Positions 51,177-63,349 of a DNA stretch of 64,000 nt are shown here, one piece after another. Made by a program: the position numbers and the translations under genes. Source of the stretch: Lytechinus pictus. Taxonomy: Eukaryota. Below the pieces are notes generated by a model. It did not search any database. It was given only the letters and a program-made list of their open reading frames with translations, and had not been told where the DNA came from. Location: NCBI RefSeq assembly GCF_037042905.1, contig NC_087251.1:620001-684000 (forward strand), read 5' to 3'. Positions within the stretch are counted from its first letter, which is position 1, and each line of letters begins with the position of its first letter.

Positions 51177-52492
51177 TAGGCCTCTACAAAAGAAAAAATT
51201 GTCACTTGCCCTGTCGGGCAAGTGATGAAAAAATTTGCTTGCCCGATAGAAAAAACTGCCCTATTTGTTTTATAATTTTTTTTTCATTATGATGGCACTA
51301 CCCTTATTTTGAAAGGTCATACAAAATAACAACAATTGAGAATCATGTACAGTATAAAAGAACACACATTTAAAAGTTTATTTTCGGCAACGTAGGACTG
51401 AGTCATCACGTTTATTTTGAATTTTTTTTTCACTATTTATAAATGGGGCTTAATTTAAGGTTAAAAAAAAAACCTTCACCAAAAGTTGCTAAAATTTCAT
51501 ATTTTGCATCTTTAAATCCACGAAATGGTTATCTGTTTGCCATATTTCCTTAGAATTGTTTTGATTTAGTTGGAAACTATAAAGAAAGCCAGTGAAAATT
51601 ATTCAGCTCTTTATTGACTCTGAAAAAGATCGTTTTATGATGTTTGAAAAAAAAAATGAAAAGTGGAGTGGCTAAAATTTCACATTTTGCATCTTTAAAT
51701 CCATGAAATGGTCATTTATTTTCCATATTTCCTTGAATTTCTTTTTTAGATTAGTTGGAAAACTATCAAGAAAATTAAGAATATTCACCTCTCTCTTGAC
51801 TTTTCTTCATCATTTTATGATGTTACACTCGGTCAATATTTTTTTTATTGTAGTCCAGCATGTAGACTTTCATGGGTTTTTTTTTCATGGTGTTGCAGCA
51901 TTGATCATTGATCGTATCGTTTGATCGTTTTACACTTGGTCAACACCATGAGAGTCTACATGTGGGAACACAATAATAAAAAACATTTACCGAGTGTAAC
52001 ATCATAAATCAGAGTAAAGAAAGAGCTGAATATTCTTAATTTTTCAGTAGTTTCCAACTAAATCAAAACAATTTCAAAGTAATATGGAAAATAGATGGCC
52101 ATTTCATGGATTCTTGCAAAATGTGAAATTTTAGCCACTTCTGGTGGTTTTTTTTTTTTTTGGTGTGCATCGGCAAACTGCACAAGATAGAAGCGCATGC
52201 GCAGTCATTGCACACATAGAACGTAAGATGTGATGGCACGGTTTTTCGAACGAGGTACCTAGCGATAAATTATTGGTAATTGGCGGTGATTTTACATCAG
52301 TTTCCACCTTTTTTTTTACTGGTTTGACATAATCTGAGAGATAGTTGTGATTATCCAAAAGATATATTGAGGGTCTATACTGATATATTATTTCCAAAAC
52401 AACCACTTGCCCGATCGGGCAATTGACTTTGAGAAATGCTTGCCCGCACGTCATTTTCACTTGCCCCGGGCAAGCGGTTTTGTCGCACCCTG
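51177..52492. mobile_element. TIR element within a (TA)n run, with CTTGCCCG subterminal motifs and an internal inverted repeat
   Basis: TAGGCCTCTACAAAA ... TTTTGTCGCACCCTG flanked by (TA)n; 51665-51885 pairs with 51945-52140. Confidence 0.65.
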
Positions 52493-52591
52493 TATATATA
52501 TATATTATCATATGGTATACGATTATATACAAAAGAAAACAGCTTCTTTTACCAATACATGTATGTCATCTTTTCTATTTCCATTTGAATA

Positions 52592-53451
52592 CTGTACAAG
52601 CTGTTATTTTCGCGTACAGAATTTTTCGCGAATCGCGGGGGTCCCGATATTTTCGCGGGTTGTTAAATTCGCGATCGGAAGATGTGCAAGAACTTCCACA
52701 ACATACTTCCACAACATTTCAAAGAAGCAAAGCTAATACAAATTATGTACTAATCGATACTCTTTTGAATATGCTGATGTGTGTTTTGTACAAAAAATAT
52801 GTCCCTGTAAAAACAGTTGCAAACTGTGGAAAAGGTGACTTAAATTTCATTTTTTTACCTTTAGATCTGAAAATTCATCATGCCACAGTTTGATCTGTAA
52901 TCCATAGGGTTAAGCAATCTTTGGAATTTGTGTTTTGTTCGATTCATTTTTTCAAAAAGTTGATAAAAGTGCAAAAATGTGGAATTTTGTGAACAGAATC
53001 TTCACCTCTAAAAGCTCTGGTCATGTGACTTATGAATATTAATGAGCTGCCAATACGTGTGTATAGTCAATCAGATGACAATAAAATCAAATTATTTCAT
53101 GGAAAATACATTTTAATAATACAGTGAGTGAATAAATATTGATAAAATAATGTTAGAAAATAGTTTAGGCTCTGATTTTGTTTCAGAAATTTAAAAAAGT
53201 GAAATTCTAGCTAACTTTTTGAATCACTAACTGTACTTTCTTAGCCTTATTTTTTGTACATATAGAGGTGCATATCTGCACAATTCACTATATACACAGG
53301 ATGTCTTCAGTAGCAAAGCTTTACTGTTAGGGACATTGGCACTGACTAAGAAGTGTGTCAATATTCTCACGTGTTGTTAAATTTGCGGCCGATCGGCAAT
53401 TCGCGAAATCCGCGAAAATAAAACCCCCCGCGAAAATAACAGCTTATACAG
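52592..53451. mobile_element. TA-TSD MITE (Tc1/mariner/pogo-like)
   Basis: TA|CTGTACAAGCTGTTATTTTCGCG ... CGCGAAAATAACAGCTTATACAG|TA. Confidence 0.85.
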
Positions 53452-53648
53452 TATTCACTTCTGAAATATTTAATTTGTAAGTAAATTGTCTATTAATCTT
53501 GAATGATATTTAAAAAATGGAGCTTGCAAATTGGTGCTATATGAACAGGTGTATGTTTGGTTTTTGTGTGCATGGCTGTTTGTTTTGCTGTGATTTTAAA
53601 CATGGCTATAAACTGAAGTTATTCAAAAATTTAAATTGTCAGTTCCAG

Positions 53649-54024
53649 TTTTTGTCTCACCTGCATAGCAGAGTGAGACTATAGGCGCCGCTTTTCTGGC
53701 AGCGGCGGCGTCAAAATCTTAACCAAGGTTAAGTTTTTGAAATGTCATCATAACTTAGAAAGTATATGGACCTACATGTAGTTCATGAAACTTGGACATA
53801 GGGGTAATCAAGAATTACTGAACATCCTGCCTAAGGTTCAGGCCACATAACCAAGGTCAAAGGTCACTTGGGGTCAACAAACTTTGACCATGTTGGGGGT
53901 ATTTGTAGAATTGTAATCATAACTTTGAAATTTAATGGATCTAGTTCATGAAACTTACATGTAGACATAAGAGTAATTAAGTATCCCTGAACATCCTGAG
54001 TAAGTTTCAGGTCACATGACCAAG
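53649..54024 (+). mobile_element. Helentron-like (HINE/DINE-type) element, 3'-truncated
   Basis: TTTTTGTCTCACCTGCATAGCAGAGTGAGAC head, (GGC)n, ~180-bp units as in 62382-63330. Confidence 0.7.
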
Positions 54025-55384
54025 CAAACTCCCATCATTTGTTGTTTTAGAGATAAACATACACACAATGAAAAGTGTGCTAAATTGTGCCATGTAACGT
54101 CAGCTACCGTGAAAATGCCCATGTATGGACAAGTACTGGTATTCTTATATACCAAAAAACAAACATTAATCAAGTAATGTCTAACTATGCTAACTACAGA
54201 GAGGACAGAATTGGCACCCCATTTTCGGTTAAGTCACAAACAAAAATCAAATAGGCAATAACTTTTTAGAATTTCAATAATCAATCTTGATTGGTAAAAC
54301 AATGCCTAACATTGATTACTAATAGAAGAGATGTGTGGGCTCACAATAAGGGGAACAAAATGAGACAGCAATTTTTGCCCTAAAAAAAAAAAATTTGGAA
54401 GTAAATCATGTATTTCATGAATTTTCTTTCCTTTTACAGGTTACTTTGATAGTGCCCAGTAGCTTGCCATTGTAGATTTGAGATAACTAATCTTATTTCA
54501 TTTTATGATGCGCAGGAAGCCGCTTTTGGAAAGTATACCCTAATTGTAAATCAACCCTTATATTAATGGATAAGACAAGGATACAGTATAGAATATATTC
54601 ATTTTAAACTTTTGTTTTGGGGTCACTTTTGTTTTAATTTTAGGAAAGAACTTTTGTGTTAGCTTTTAGATGGAATCATTATGCAATATGGGTAAATCAA
54701 GACCACATCTTGTAATTCGATGGTTAAACATTAGAAATTATCTTTCTCTTTCAAGAAACCATGCATTAATTGACTGGTGTGACAAACATTTTACTGTGTG
54801 TGTGTTGTACTGTTGTTCAACATGAGAAACAAAGACATTGAAGGGTGTTCTATCAGGCATAGCCTTTTGACAAGGCCCCATGACTTGGTAATATTCTTTG
54901 CCAAGTAGTGGCTGAAACGAGACAAGGGGTTGAAGAAGAGAGCTGGCAAAATCTGGGTAAACGTGAGATTGAAAGTCAAAAGGTCACAAGTTTCAGTCAC
55001 GAGTGAAGTCAATAGGCCTTTTGAACCTGGATTTCACTGCTTGCTCTGAATAATTCATGAGCATGCCAATGCGCCAATCCACACTTTCAATGCTTAATTA
55101 CATGTACATCATGGGACCGATGCATTCCCTTCTATGGTACGTGTTTCATTCATTTGGCCTCCGCCTCACAGGCCGGAAACAACGGTTAACATGATAAATC
55201 CAAGTCAGGCTCCTTAAGGCCCAGTGGATGACTTGTTCACCCAGAAATAAGTCTTTTCTTACAAGTCTCGGTCAAGGACACATTATGAATCAACCAGGAT
55301 GATGTTAGAGATTTAAAACTTCAACTATCAATTGGATTTGGTATTTAATTTGTAATTTGTAAATAATTCTGGATTGTTTTATAG

Positions 55385-55600
55385 GATCTAATGGTTGGTG
55401 ATGAAGCAAGTCAGCTTCGGTCTATGCTTGAAGTCAACTATCCAATGGAAAATGGTATTGTTAGGAATTGGGACGATATGAAGCATGTATGGGACTATAC
55501 CTTTGGTGAACAAAGTTTGGCCATTAATCCAAAAGAAAGCAAACTTCTACTCACCGAACCACCCATGAATCCAGCCAAGAATAGAGAAAAGATGGTTGAG
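55385..55600 (+). CDS. ACTR2: Arp2 exon 3
   Basis: [41 protein letters not shown]...[18 protein letters not shown] (216 nt); AG/GTAAGC boundaries. Confidence 0.98.
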
Positions 55601-55935
55601 GTAAGCATTTTCTATCAACTTATGAACTTACTGGCTAACATTTAAAGATTGAGTGAATTTTTTAACATATATGGTTACCTGCACCTAACAGGAGAGAAAA
55701 ATGAGAAATCCTGTGCTGAAATCATCTTTTCATACATGTAGTTGGATATCATTCATGTAAGGTATAAGATTTAATATGTGAAATTTCTATGTCAATAGTA
55801 GAATATTATTTTGATATATTTGATCTAAACCAGTGAAGTTTTTTTTTCTGTGGTACATGGGGTCTTTATTGGGGAAGTACAATTGGGACCAGGTTTGCAA
55901 AAATGACCGTTATGACTCAACACTGGTTTAATTAG

Positions 55936-57181
55936 TTTTTATTGTCTTGCCTGCTTAGCGGAGCGAGACATACATGTAGGTATCAACAATTGTGTTGTAC
56001 ACCCAATAACTTTCTATAGCTTCGAGGTGGGATCACCAAATTCATACCAGAGGTCCATCTCCTGAAGGTACAGGTCAAAGGTCAATGAACTTTCCATGAC
56101 TGGCACTGTGCTGTGTTGTACACATAATAACTTTCTATATCTTCGAGGTGGGATCACCAAATTCATACCAGAGGTCCATCTCCTGAAGGCACAGGTCAAG
56201 TTCGAATATGAGTCGAATTTGAATAAGGTCAAAGGTCAATGAACTTTCCATGACTGGCACTGTGCTGTATTGTACACATAATAACTTTCTATATCTTCGA
56301 GGTGGGATCACCAAATTCATACCAGAGGTCCATCTCCTGAAGGCACAGGTCAAGTTCGAATATGAGTCGAATTTAAATAAGGTCAAAGGTCAATGAACTT
56401 TCCATGACTGGCACTGCTGTGTTGTACACATAATAACTTTCTATATCTTCGAGGTGGGATCACCAAATTCATACCAGAGGTCCATCTCCTAAAGGCACAG
56501 GTCAAGTTTGAATATGAGTCGAATTTGAATAAGGTCAAAGGTCAATGAACTTTCCATGACTGGCACTGTGCTGTGTTGTACACACAATAACTTTCTATAG
56601 CTTTCGAGGTGAGATCGCTAAATTCATAACAGAGATCCATCTCTTGAAGGTACAGGTCAAGTTCGAATATGAGTCGAATTTGAATAAGGTCAAAGGTCAA
56701 TGAACTTTCCATGACTGACTGTGCTGTGTTGTACACACAATAACTTTCTATAGCTTCGAGGTGAGATCGCCAAATTCATAACGGAGTTCCATCTCTTGAA
56801 GGTGCAGGTCAAGTTCAAATGTGAGCCGAATTTGAATAAGGTCAAAGGTCAATGAACTTTCCATGACTGGCACTGCTGTGCTGTACACACAATAACGTTC
56901 TATATCTTCGAGGTAGGATTTCCAAATTCATACAAGAGGTCCATCTCTTGAAGGTGCAGGTCAAGTTCAAATGTGAGTTGAATTTGATTAAGGTCAAAGG
57001 TCAATGAACTTTCCATGACTGGCACTGTGCTGTGTTGTACACACAATAACTTTCTATAGCTTTGAGGTGGGATCGCCAAACTTGTAACAGAGGTCCATCT
57101 AAGTCATATAGCATAGTTTTGACATGCAGTCTCTTCATGACTGCAATATGCAGGGAGACAACGCTTGGCGTTTGCCTTGTT
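55936..57181 (+). mobile_element. Helentron-like element with ~7 tandem 152-154-bp units
   Basis: GTCTTGCCTGC head / GCAGGGAGAC subterminal inverted repeat, small 3' hairpin, CTTGTT end; unit starts ~55993, 56113, 56267, 56419, 56573, 56726, 56878, 57032. Confidence 0.78.
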
Positions 57182-57726
57182 ATGTATAGAGATGCAGTAG
57201 AGATAGCAATTACGGAAAATTCTTTTTGATGAAATAATAACGTTTTTATAGAACTATGAGATTTTGAGATAATGTTTCATGATGTTTACATGTAATATCT
57301 TTGTGCAAAAAAAGTATGCAGTGTAGCATAGGAAAGCTCAAATAGAGAAGTGTGATATAAAAAGGAAGGATCTGTGCAACAAGGAAGTCAGATAAAATGA
57401 TGAGTTGTATAGCACTATGGAGCATTATTTTTCTTTCATTATTGGTAGTAAGCTAAGCTGCATTCCTATGATAGCTTCAATATGAATAAGGAAGTAATAA
57501 CACGGAGTATGTATTTTTAGTCATGACAAAGGTATATCACATTTTCTTTACCTCCTGAAGTTTTTGTGCAGTTGTGGATCTAACTTTGAGTGACTACATT
57601 GCTCACAGTTGTGGTTATTATTATCAGTATTGTTGTTAATGGATAAGATCATTCAGATTGTATAATAAATGAATTGAATGAATTAACTGATCCATGACAA
57701 ATGGATGTTGTTTTAGTTTAAAGAGA

Positions 57727-58200
57727 TTTTCGTCTCGCCTGCATAGCAGAGTGAGACTATAGGCGCCACTTTTCCGACAGCAGCGGCATAAACATCAAAT
57801 CTTAACCAAAGGTTAAGTTTTTGAAATGACATCATAACTTAGAAAGTATATAGACCTAGTTCATGAAACTTGGACATAAGGTTAATCAAGTATTACTGAA
57901 CATCTTTCTTTGAGATTCAGGTCACGTGACCAAGGTCAAATGTCATTGTTGAATTGCTATCATAACTTATAGATATACATGTAGTTTATGAAATATGGAC
58001 GTAGGGGTAATCAAGTATCACTTGCAAGTCTTAAGTCACATGATCAAGGTCAAATGTCATTTAGGGTTAATGAACATAGCATTATATCATTATATAATTT
58101 TTTTTTGTGAATACTTATTTTATAGTAGTTTTCAAAGTCAGCACTGCTGAGCTGTTAAATTGTATAATACAGGCGAGACTGCCAGAGGCACTCCACTTGT
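57727..58200 (+). mobile_element. Helentron-like element, 2 units
   Basis: GTCTCGCCTG ... CAGGCGAGAC subterminal inverted repeat; TGCCAGAGGCA hairpin; CCACTTGT end. Confidence 0.78.
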
Positions 58201-58227
58201 AAAATTATAATGACAATGATGATATGC

Positions 58228-58476
58228 ATTATTTATAATAGCGCCTGATACATGTACATAGTTTCTAAGTGCTGCATACTATTACACTGGATTTAGCACG
58301 GCTTCTCTGATCTGGCACTCAATCAATTCAAGGAATATCTTTCTAACGGATTCCCATTTACTGCACCGGAATGGAGAGTGGCAAATTTAGATAACTCCTT
58401 GCCAAAGGGGTGCTGTAGTGGGATTCTAAACCCCGGATCTTGTGGTCCAAATTCCTAAGATTTATCCACTGTGCCC
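58228..58476 (-). mobile_element. tRNA-derived SINE
   Basis: Minus strand reads GGCACAGTGG (A-box-like), GGTTTAGAATCC (B-box-like), TTTGGCAAGG..TTGCCACTCTCC core and GCACTTAGAAAC tail. Confidence 0.65.
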
Positions 58477-58514
58477 TAACACCTCTACATGTATGTTTTC
58501 TTATGTCTCCCTAG

Positions 58515-58587
58515 GTTATGTTTGAGAAATATGGATTTGCTGGGATCTACATAGCTATTCAAGCTGTTCTAACACTCTATGCGCAAG
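58515..58587 (+). CDS. ACTR2: Arp2 exon 4
   Basis: VMFEKYGFAGIYIAIQAVLTLYAQ+G (73 nt); ctAG/GTGTGT boundaries. Confidence 0.97.
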
Positions 58588-59302
58588 GTGTGTAGAAAAT
58601 GAATACTTCAGCCTATTATACTGAACTCTGGTCTGTAGATTGTAAGCCAAAATTTGTGGGATTTCAAAAATGTTTGCAATGTGTATCATGGTATGTTGTT
58701 TTGAAAATCAACTAGGCTTTATACTTTTTGTTTTCTGGTCAATGAAATAATTTGTAGTTCTCATTTTCATTCTGTTTTTAGGTTTTGAGTAACAAATGTG
58801 CTTAATTAAAAAAGTGAGATCGATGCACATAGTGTAAATGAAGTGCAGCTCGTGATGCATACAAACATACATGTAAATGCGGAAAACCTTTGCTAAGAAT
58901 GCAAGGATTAGTAGTTACTCCTATTTTCATCCCTCAAACTTATTTTTTCAATATGAATGATACAGCCAATATTAAAAATAAAAATACTTCAAAAAAAAAA
59001 AAAACGTTTGTATATTTGAAAGACAGTTAAAAGTTAAAATAATTATACAGTAAATCAGGCTCTAGCTCATACCCATTTTGAGAAATTCTTAGCTTCTGAC
59101 TTTTCATCAAATGCAAGATGCAATAGAAATCTGCATGTAATATCAAAGAATGATAGTAGCTTTACATCTATTTGTAGATGTTTACAGGGCCAGAATTTTA
59201 TGTATGTGTTTTTATATTGTAAAAGCCATTTGTGAATCTTCCTGAATAAAAAAAACTGTCAGTAAGATATGAATTCATCATCCTCCTTTCCCCTATGTAT
59301 AG

Positions 59303-59439
59303 GACTATTAACTGGTGTAGTAGTTGATTCAGGAGATGGTGTAACACATATCTGTCCTGTTTATGAAGGATTTTCACTTCCTCATCTAACTAGAAGATTA
59401 GACATTGCTGGCAGGGATATCACCAGGTATCTTATCAAA
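59303..59439 (+). CDS. ACTR2: Arp2 exon 5
   Basis: (G)[45 protein letters not shown] (137 nt); GTAAGT donor. Confidence 0.98.
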
Positions 59440-59963
59440 GTAAGTATCTACCCCAATTGAAATTAGCTTCTGCTTCACTTTCTCAAAATATTTCAAAAGC
59501 CGTTTAACCCTCACTGCAGTGGAGCCCCCGCCTCTAGACAATTCACCACACATGCCATACCTCTGTATAAGATGAATATATGCTGCCTAGAGCAGATGAG
59601 TGAAACTCCTTGCTGGAATCCTGAAAGCATCTTTCACAGGTTTCATGCATTCCCCATTGCTTTGTTTATGGTGAAATGTGAGGATTAGTAGTGATAGGAT
59701 GCTAGTGAGATTCCTGCATGAAAGATGTGGCTCTAACTTTTGGTTATTAGAGTCTTAGCTTTACTAGTTTAGACAAAGCCACCATCACCTCTAACAGACA
59801 TAAGGATGACTTTCTTGCCATTTGACTAAGTGTGTGGATGAAATATTCTTGCAACACCTCTAAGAAGTGCTGAATGTCTGTTCTACATTTTGTATTTGAA
59901 ATGTTTTCTTTCTCTACTTGTATTTTTATCCTTGTTTTTGATTCAGTTTTTTTTTTTTTTCAG

Positions 59964-60049
59964 TTGCTTCTACTGCGAGGCTATGCTTTCAACCATTCTG
60001 CAGACTTTGAGACTGTCAGGAATATGAAAGAGAAATTATGCTATGTTGG
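59964..60049 (+). CDS. ACTR2: Arp2 exon 6 (gene continues beyond window)
   Basis: poly-T + c[30 protein letters not shown]+GG (86 nt); GTGAGT donor. Confidence 0.97.
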
Positions 60050-60224
60050 GTGAGTTCTACAATCAGTTTACAAGATAAAAAAGATTTTCAGCTTAGTAAT
60101 GAATTACAATATTGCACAATATGAAATCATAAGATAAAGAATGAAGGAGAATTGGGCTAACAATTGTGGAGAAGAGGGGAAAAATTATTAAGAAAAATGT
60201 TAAGGAAAAGGGTTCATAGGAATC

Positions 60225-62110
60225 AGTTTGTCAATCCATTGCAAATGTTGTGCTTCAAATTACTTCCTCAATTATTAACCAATTCTCATGAAATTTGGCA
60301 CACCCATTGGTCTTGGGGTCATTATGTGCAAGACGTATTTGTCGCATGTACCGGTATTGAAAATTGTGTTGCCATTGTAACAGTGTATTATGGCAAATAG
60401 GTGACAATATTGCTGTTCGAACTACCTTCTTCGTTTTTTAACCAACTGTCGTGAATTTTGGCTCTCACTTTGGTCTTGAGGTAAAGATTGCAAGACATAT
60501 TTTTTGCTTGTGTCGGAATTCATGTTGCCATAGTAACAACATATTATATGGCAGGGCTCGAAATTGGTGGCGGTCCGGGGGCCATTGACCGTCTAAAGCT
60601 CCATCGGGCACCCTAAAAGTCAAGTAATAGTGCCCGGGCTCACCACCAGAAAAAATAAATGTAGAAAACCGAAAATGAGTAGGTCTAAAACGAATGAAAT
60701 TTCTCTCATGCAGAGCGTTTAAACTTATATTTTGTTGCTTACGTTTAGAAATTTTGAAGTCCGTTTAGACGAATTCTGCACTGATTATTCCATTTTTTTA
60801 AACAATTCTCCCCGACCTCATTGTAGATTCGATCCACATCGCGCATCAAAGACAGTCACGCTTAGTCTAGTCCCACGCATGCAATCAATCTCACTCCCGT
60901 GATCGAAAGTGCATGCACACACTGAGCAAGACTGGTACCTAGTTTTGTAAGTTTTGTGTGTATGACGCACACACTCTTATGCCGCGGTAAATGGTATCAT
61001 TCAACAGACTGGGGATCCCACCACTTTATTGTGCGGCACTACCGTACGCTCTCAATATGACCGCATATTCAATATCCTTTATTATTTCGCGGCATATGTA
61101 CGTTGATCAACCCAATGACGGTTTGGCTAGCCCACGGCACTAGCGCACGACTTTCATGGGCTGATCGACGGCCGGCGTATCCGGTCATTGATCGGCCAAT
61201 TGAACTTGAATAAAGTTAAGTCGTTTCATTATAGTATCAGATTCAACATGTGGTGAGCTTGTTGTGTGTAATTTGGTGATTGAGGACACATTTTGTGATG
61301 TTGGGGAATGGACAACGACATGATCACTTGTTTATGTTTTGCCTCATCCAAGCCTCTTGTGGTTTCGTTCCCACTCTTTCTGTAATGTATACTTCTGGGG
61401 CCCATTTCATAAAAAGTTGCTATAAATTCTTTCGCAGCCAGAGGCTGAATTGTGGAATCTTTTACAAATCAAAAATATAAGCATTACATAAACATTATAA
61501 ATAATTACACAATGCAAAATTAAAATACTAATATGATATCCAAAAACAAACTATGAGTATGAGTACAGGATATCATGCATTAAAAGAAAACAAATTAAGC
61601 ACAGAGACTCAGAGTTTACCTTAGAGAGAGTGACAGAGAGAAAGGGACAGGGACAGAGAGAGACAGTTACACAGAGGTGTGGATCATGAGTAATTTTCTT
61701 TATCTCCTTTGAAACAAAGGCTTGAGTTTGTCCTTTTTAATCCACAGAAAGGTTCCACCAGTAATGTAGTGTTTCGCAGCAAACTTACACATACAGAGTT
61801 GATACACTTTACAATTTGTCATGATACAATATTTTCAATATGCATGTGATGACCACCTAAACTGCCATTTGACCACCTAAAGTTCAGTCCAGGGTGCCCG
61901 GCTGATTTCCAAAAATTAAAGTTAATCGAGAGGCCTGTATGGTGAAAATTGGGTAAAAATCTTGCGGTTCAAACTATATCATTAGTTTTTAACCAATTCT
62001 CATGAAATTTACCACACATAGATCTTGAGCTAAAGATGTGCAAGACACATTTTACATACATGTCACAAATTGTGTTGCCATGGTAACCACATATTATGGA
62101 CAAAAACCCA
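60225..62110. repeat. ~170-bp tandem-unit repeat (60225-60551, 61938-62110) interrupted by a TIR element
   Basis: TTAACCAATTCTCATGAAATTT ... TGCAAGAC ... GTTGCCATGGTAAC..ATATTATGG units. Confidence 0.7.
60552..61937. mobile_element. 1.4-kb element with 5-bp TSD (hAT5-like)
   Basis: TATGG|CAGGGCTCGA ... TCGAGAGGCCTG|TATGG; the host repeat rejoins across it. Confidence 0.75.
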
Positions 62111-62117
62111 GGAACAC

Positions 62118-63349
62118 CAGCGGCGTAACAGGAGTCGGTGGCCAGGGGGGGCAAGAGCCAAAAATTTCCCGGTCATATCATGGTATGAACAGGCGTAATG
62201 GTGTAATGAGGCGACTATTTTAAGAAGGCCGGATATTGCGTATCGAGCAAAATTTATCTTTTAAAAAAATTGCGAGCGAGCAAAATTTTTGACCTTTTTG
62301 ATACAAAAATCAAATTTTGTGATAGATTTTGACATGATATCCAGAGAATAACATATTTCACTCTTCTCTCTTTAGATTCCCTTTTTGTCTCACCTGCATA
62401 GCAGAGTGAGACTATAGGCGCCGCTTTTCCGACGGCGGCGGCGTCAACACCAAATCTTAACCTGAGGTTAAGTTTTTGAAATGACAGCATAACTTAGAAA
62501 GTATATGGACCTAGTTCATGAAACTTGGCCATAAGGTTAATCAAGTATTACTGAACATCCTGCCTGAGTTTCATGTCACATGACCAAGGTCAAAGGTCAT
62601 TTAGGGTCAATGAACTTAGACCATGTTGGGGGAATCAACATCAAAATCTTAACCTAAGGTTAAGTTTTTGAAATGTCATCATAACTTAGAAAATATATGG
62701 ACCTAGTTCATGAAACTTATACATAAGGTTAATCAAGTATCACTGAACATCCTGCATGAGTTTCACATCACATGACCAAGGTCAAAGGTCATTTAGGGTC
62801 AATGAACTTTGGCCGAATTGGGGGTATCTGTTGAATTACCATCATAACTTTGAAAGTTTATGGATCTGATTCATGAAACTTGGACATAATAGTAATCAAG
62901 TATTACTAAACATCCTGTGCAAGTTTCAGGTCATATGATCAAGGTCAAAGGTCATTTAGGGTCAATGAACTTTGGCCAAATTGGGGTATTTGTTGAATTA
63001 CAGCCATAAATTTGAAAGTGTGTTGGTCTAGTTCATAAAACTTGGACATAATAGTAATCAAGTATCACTGAACATCCTGTGCGAGTTTCAGGTCACATGA
63101 TCAAGGTCAAAGGTCATGTAAGGTCAAAGAACTTTGGCCACGTTGGGGGTATTTGTTGAATTGCCATCATATCTCTATAAGTGTATTGGTCTAGTTCATA
63201 AAACGTGGAAATAAGAGTAACCAAGTATCACTGAACATCTTGTGCGAGTTATAGTAGTTTTCAAAATCAGCACTGCTGCTATATTGAATCGCGTGATGCA
63301 GGTGAGACGGCCAGAGGCATTCCACTTGTTTGTGGTCTGTACGCCACTG
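62118..63349. mobile_element. hAT-type MITE interrupted by a Helentron-like element
   Basis: CAGCGGCGTA ... TACGCCACTG termini; TSD not clean. Confidence 0.55.
62382..63330 (+). mobile_element. Complete Helentron-like (HINE/DINE-type) element with ~5 tandem ~180-bp units
   Basis: T-rich start, GTCTCACCTGCA ... TGCAGGTGAGAC subterminal inverted repeat, (GGC)n, GCCAGAGGC hairpin, CTTGTT end, no TSD. Confidence 0.82.

Noticed and set aside
54441..54452. Strong acceptor ccttttacAG in Arp2 intron 2
   Set aside because: No plausible donor gives a credible in-frame exon (GTGCCC is very weak); likely cryptic
55993..57100. Regularly spaced repeats resembling a CRISPR array
   Set aside because: Whole ~153-bp units repeat with no unique spacers; eukaryotic intron context; no cas genes
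58400..58476. tRNA gene
   Set aside because: Degenerate A/B boxes attached to a SINE body; no convincing cloverleaf
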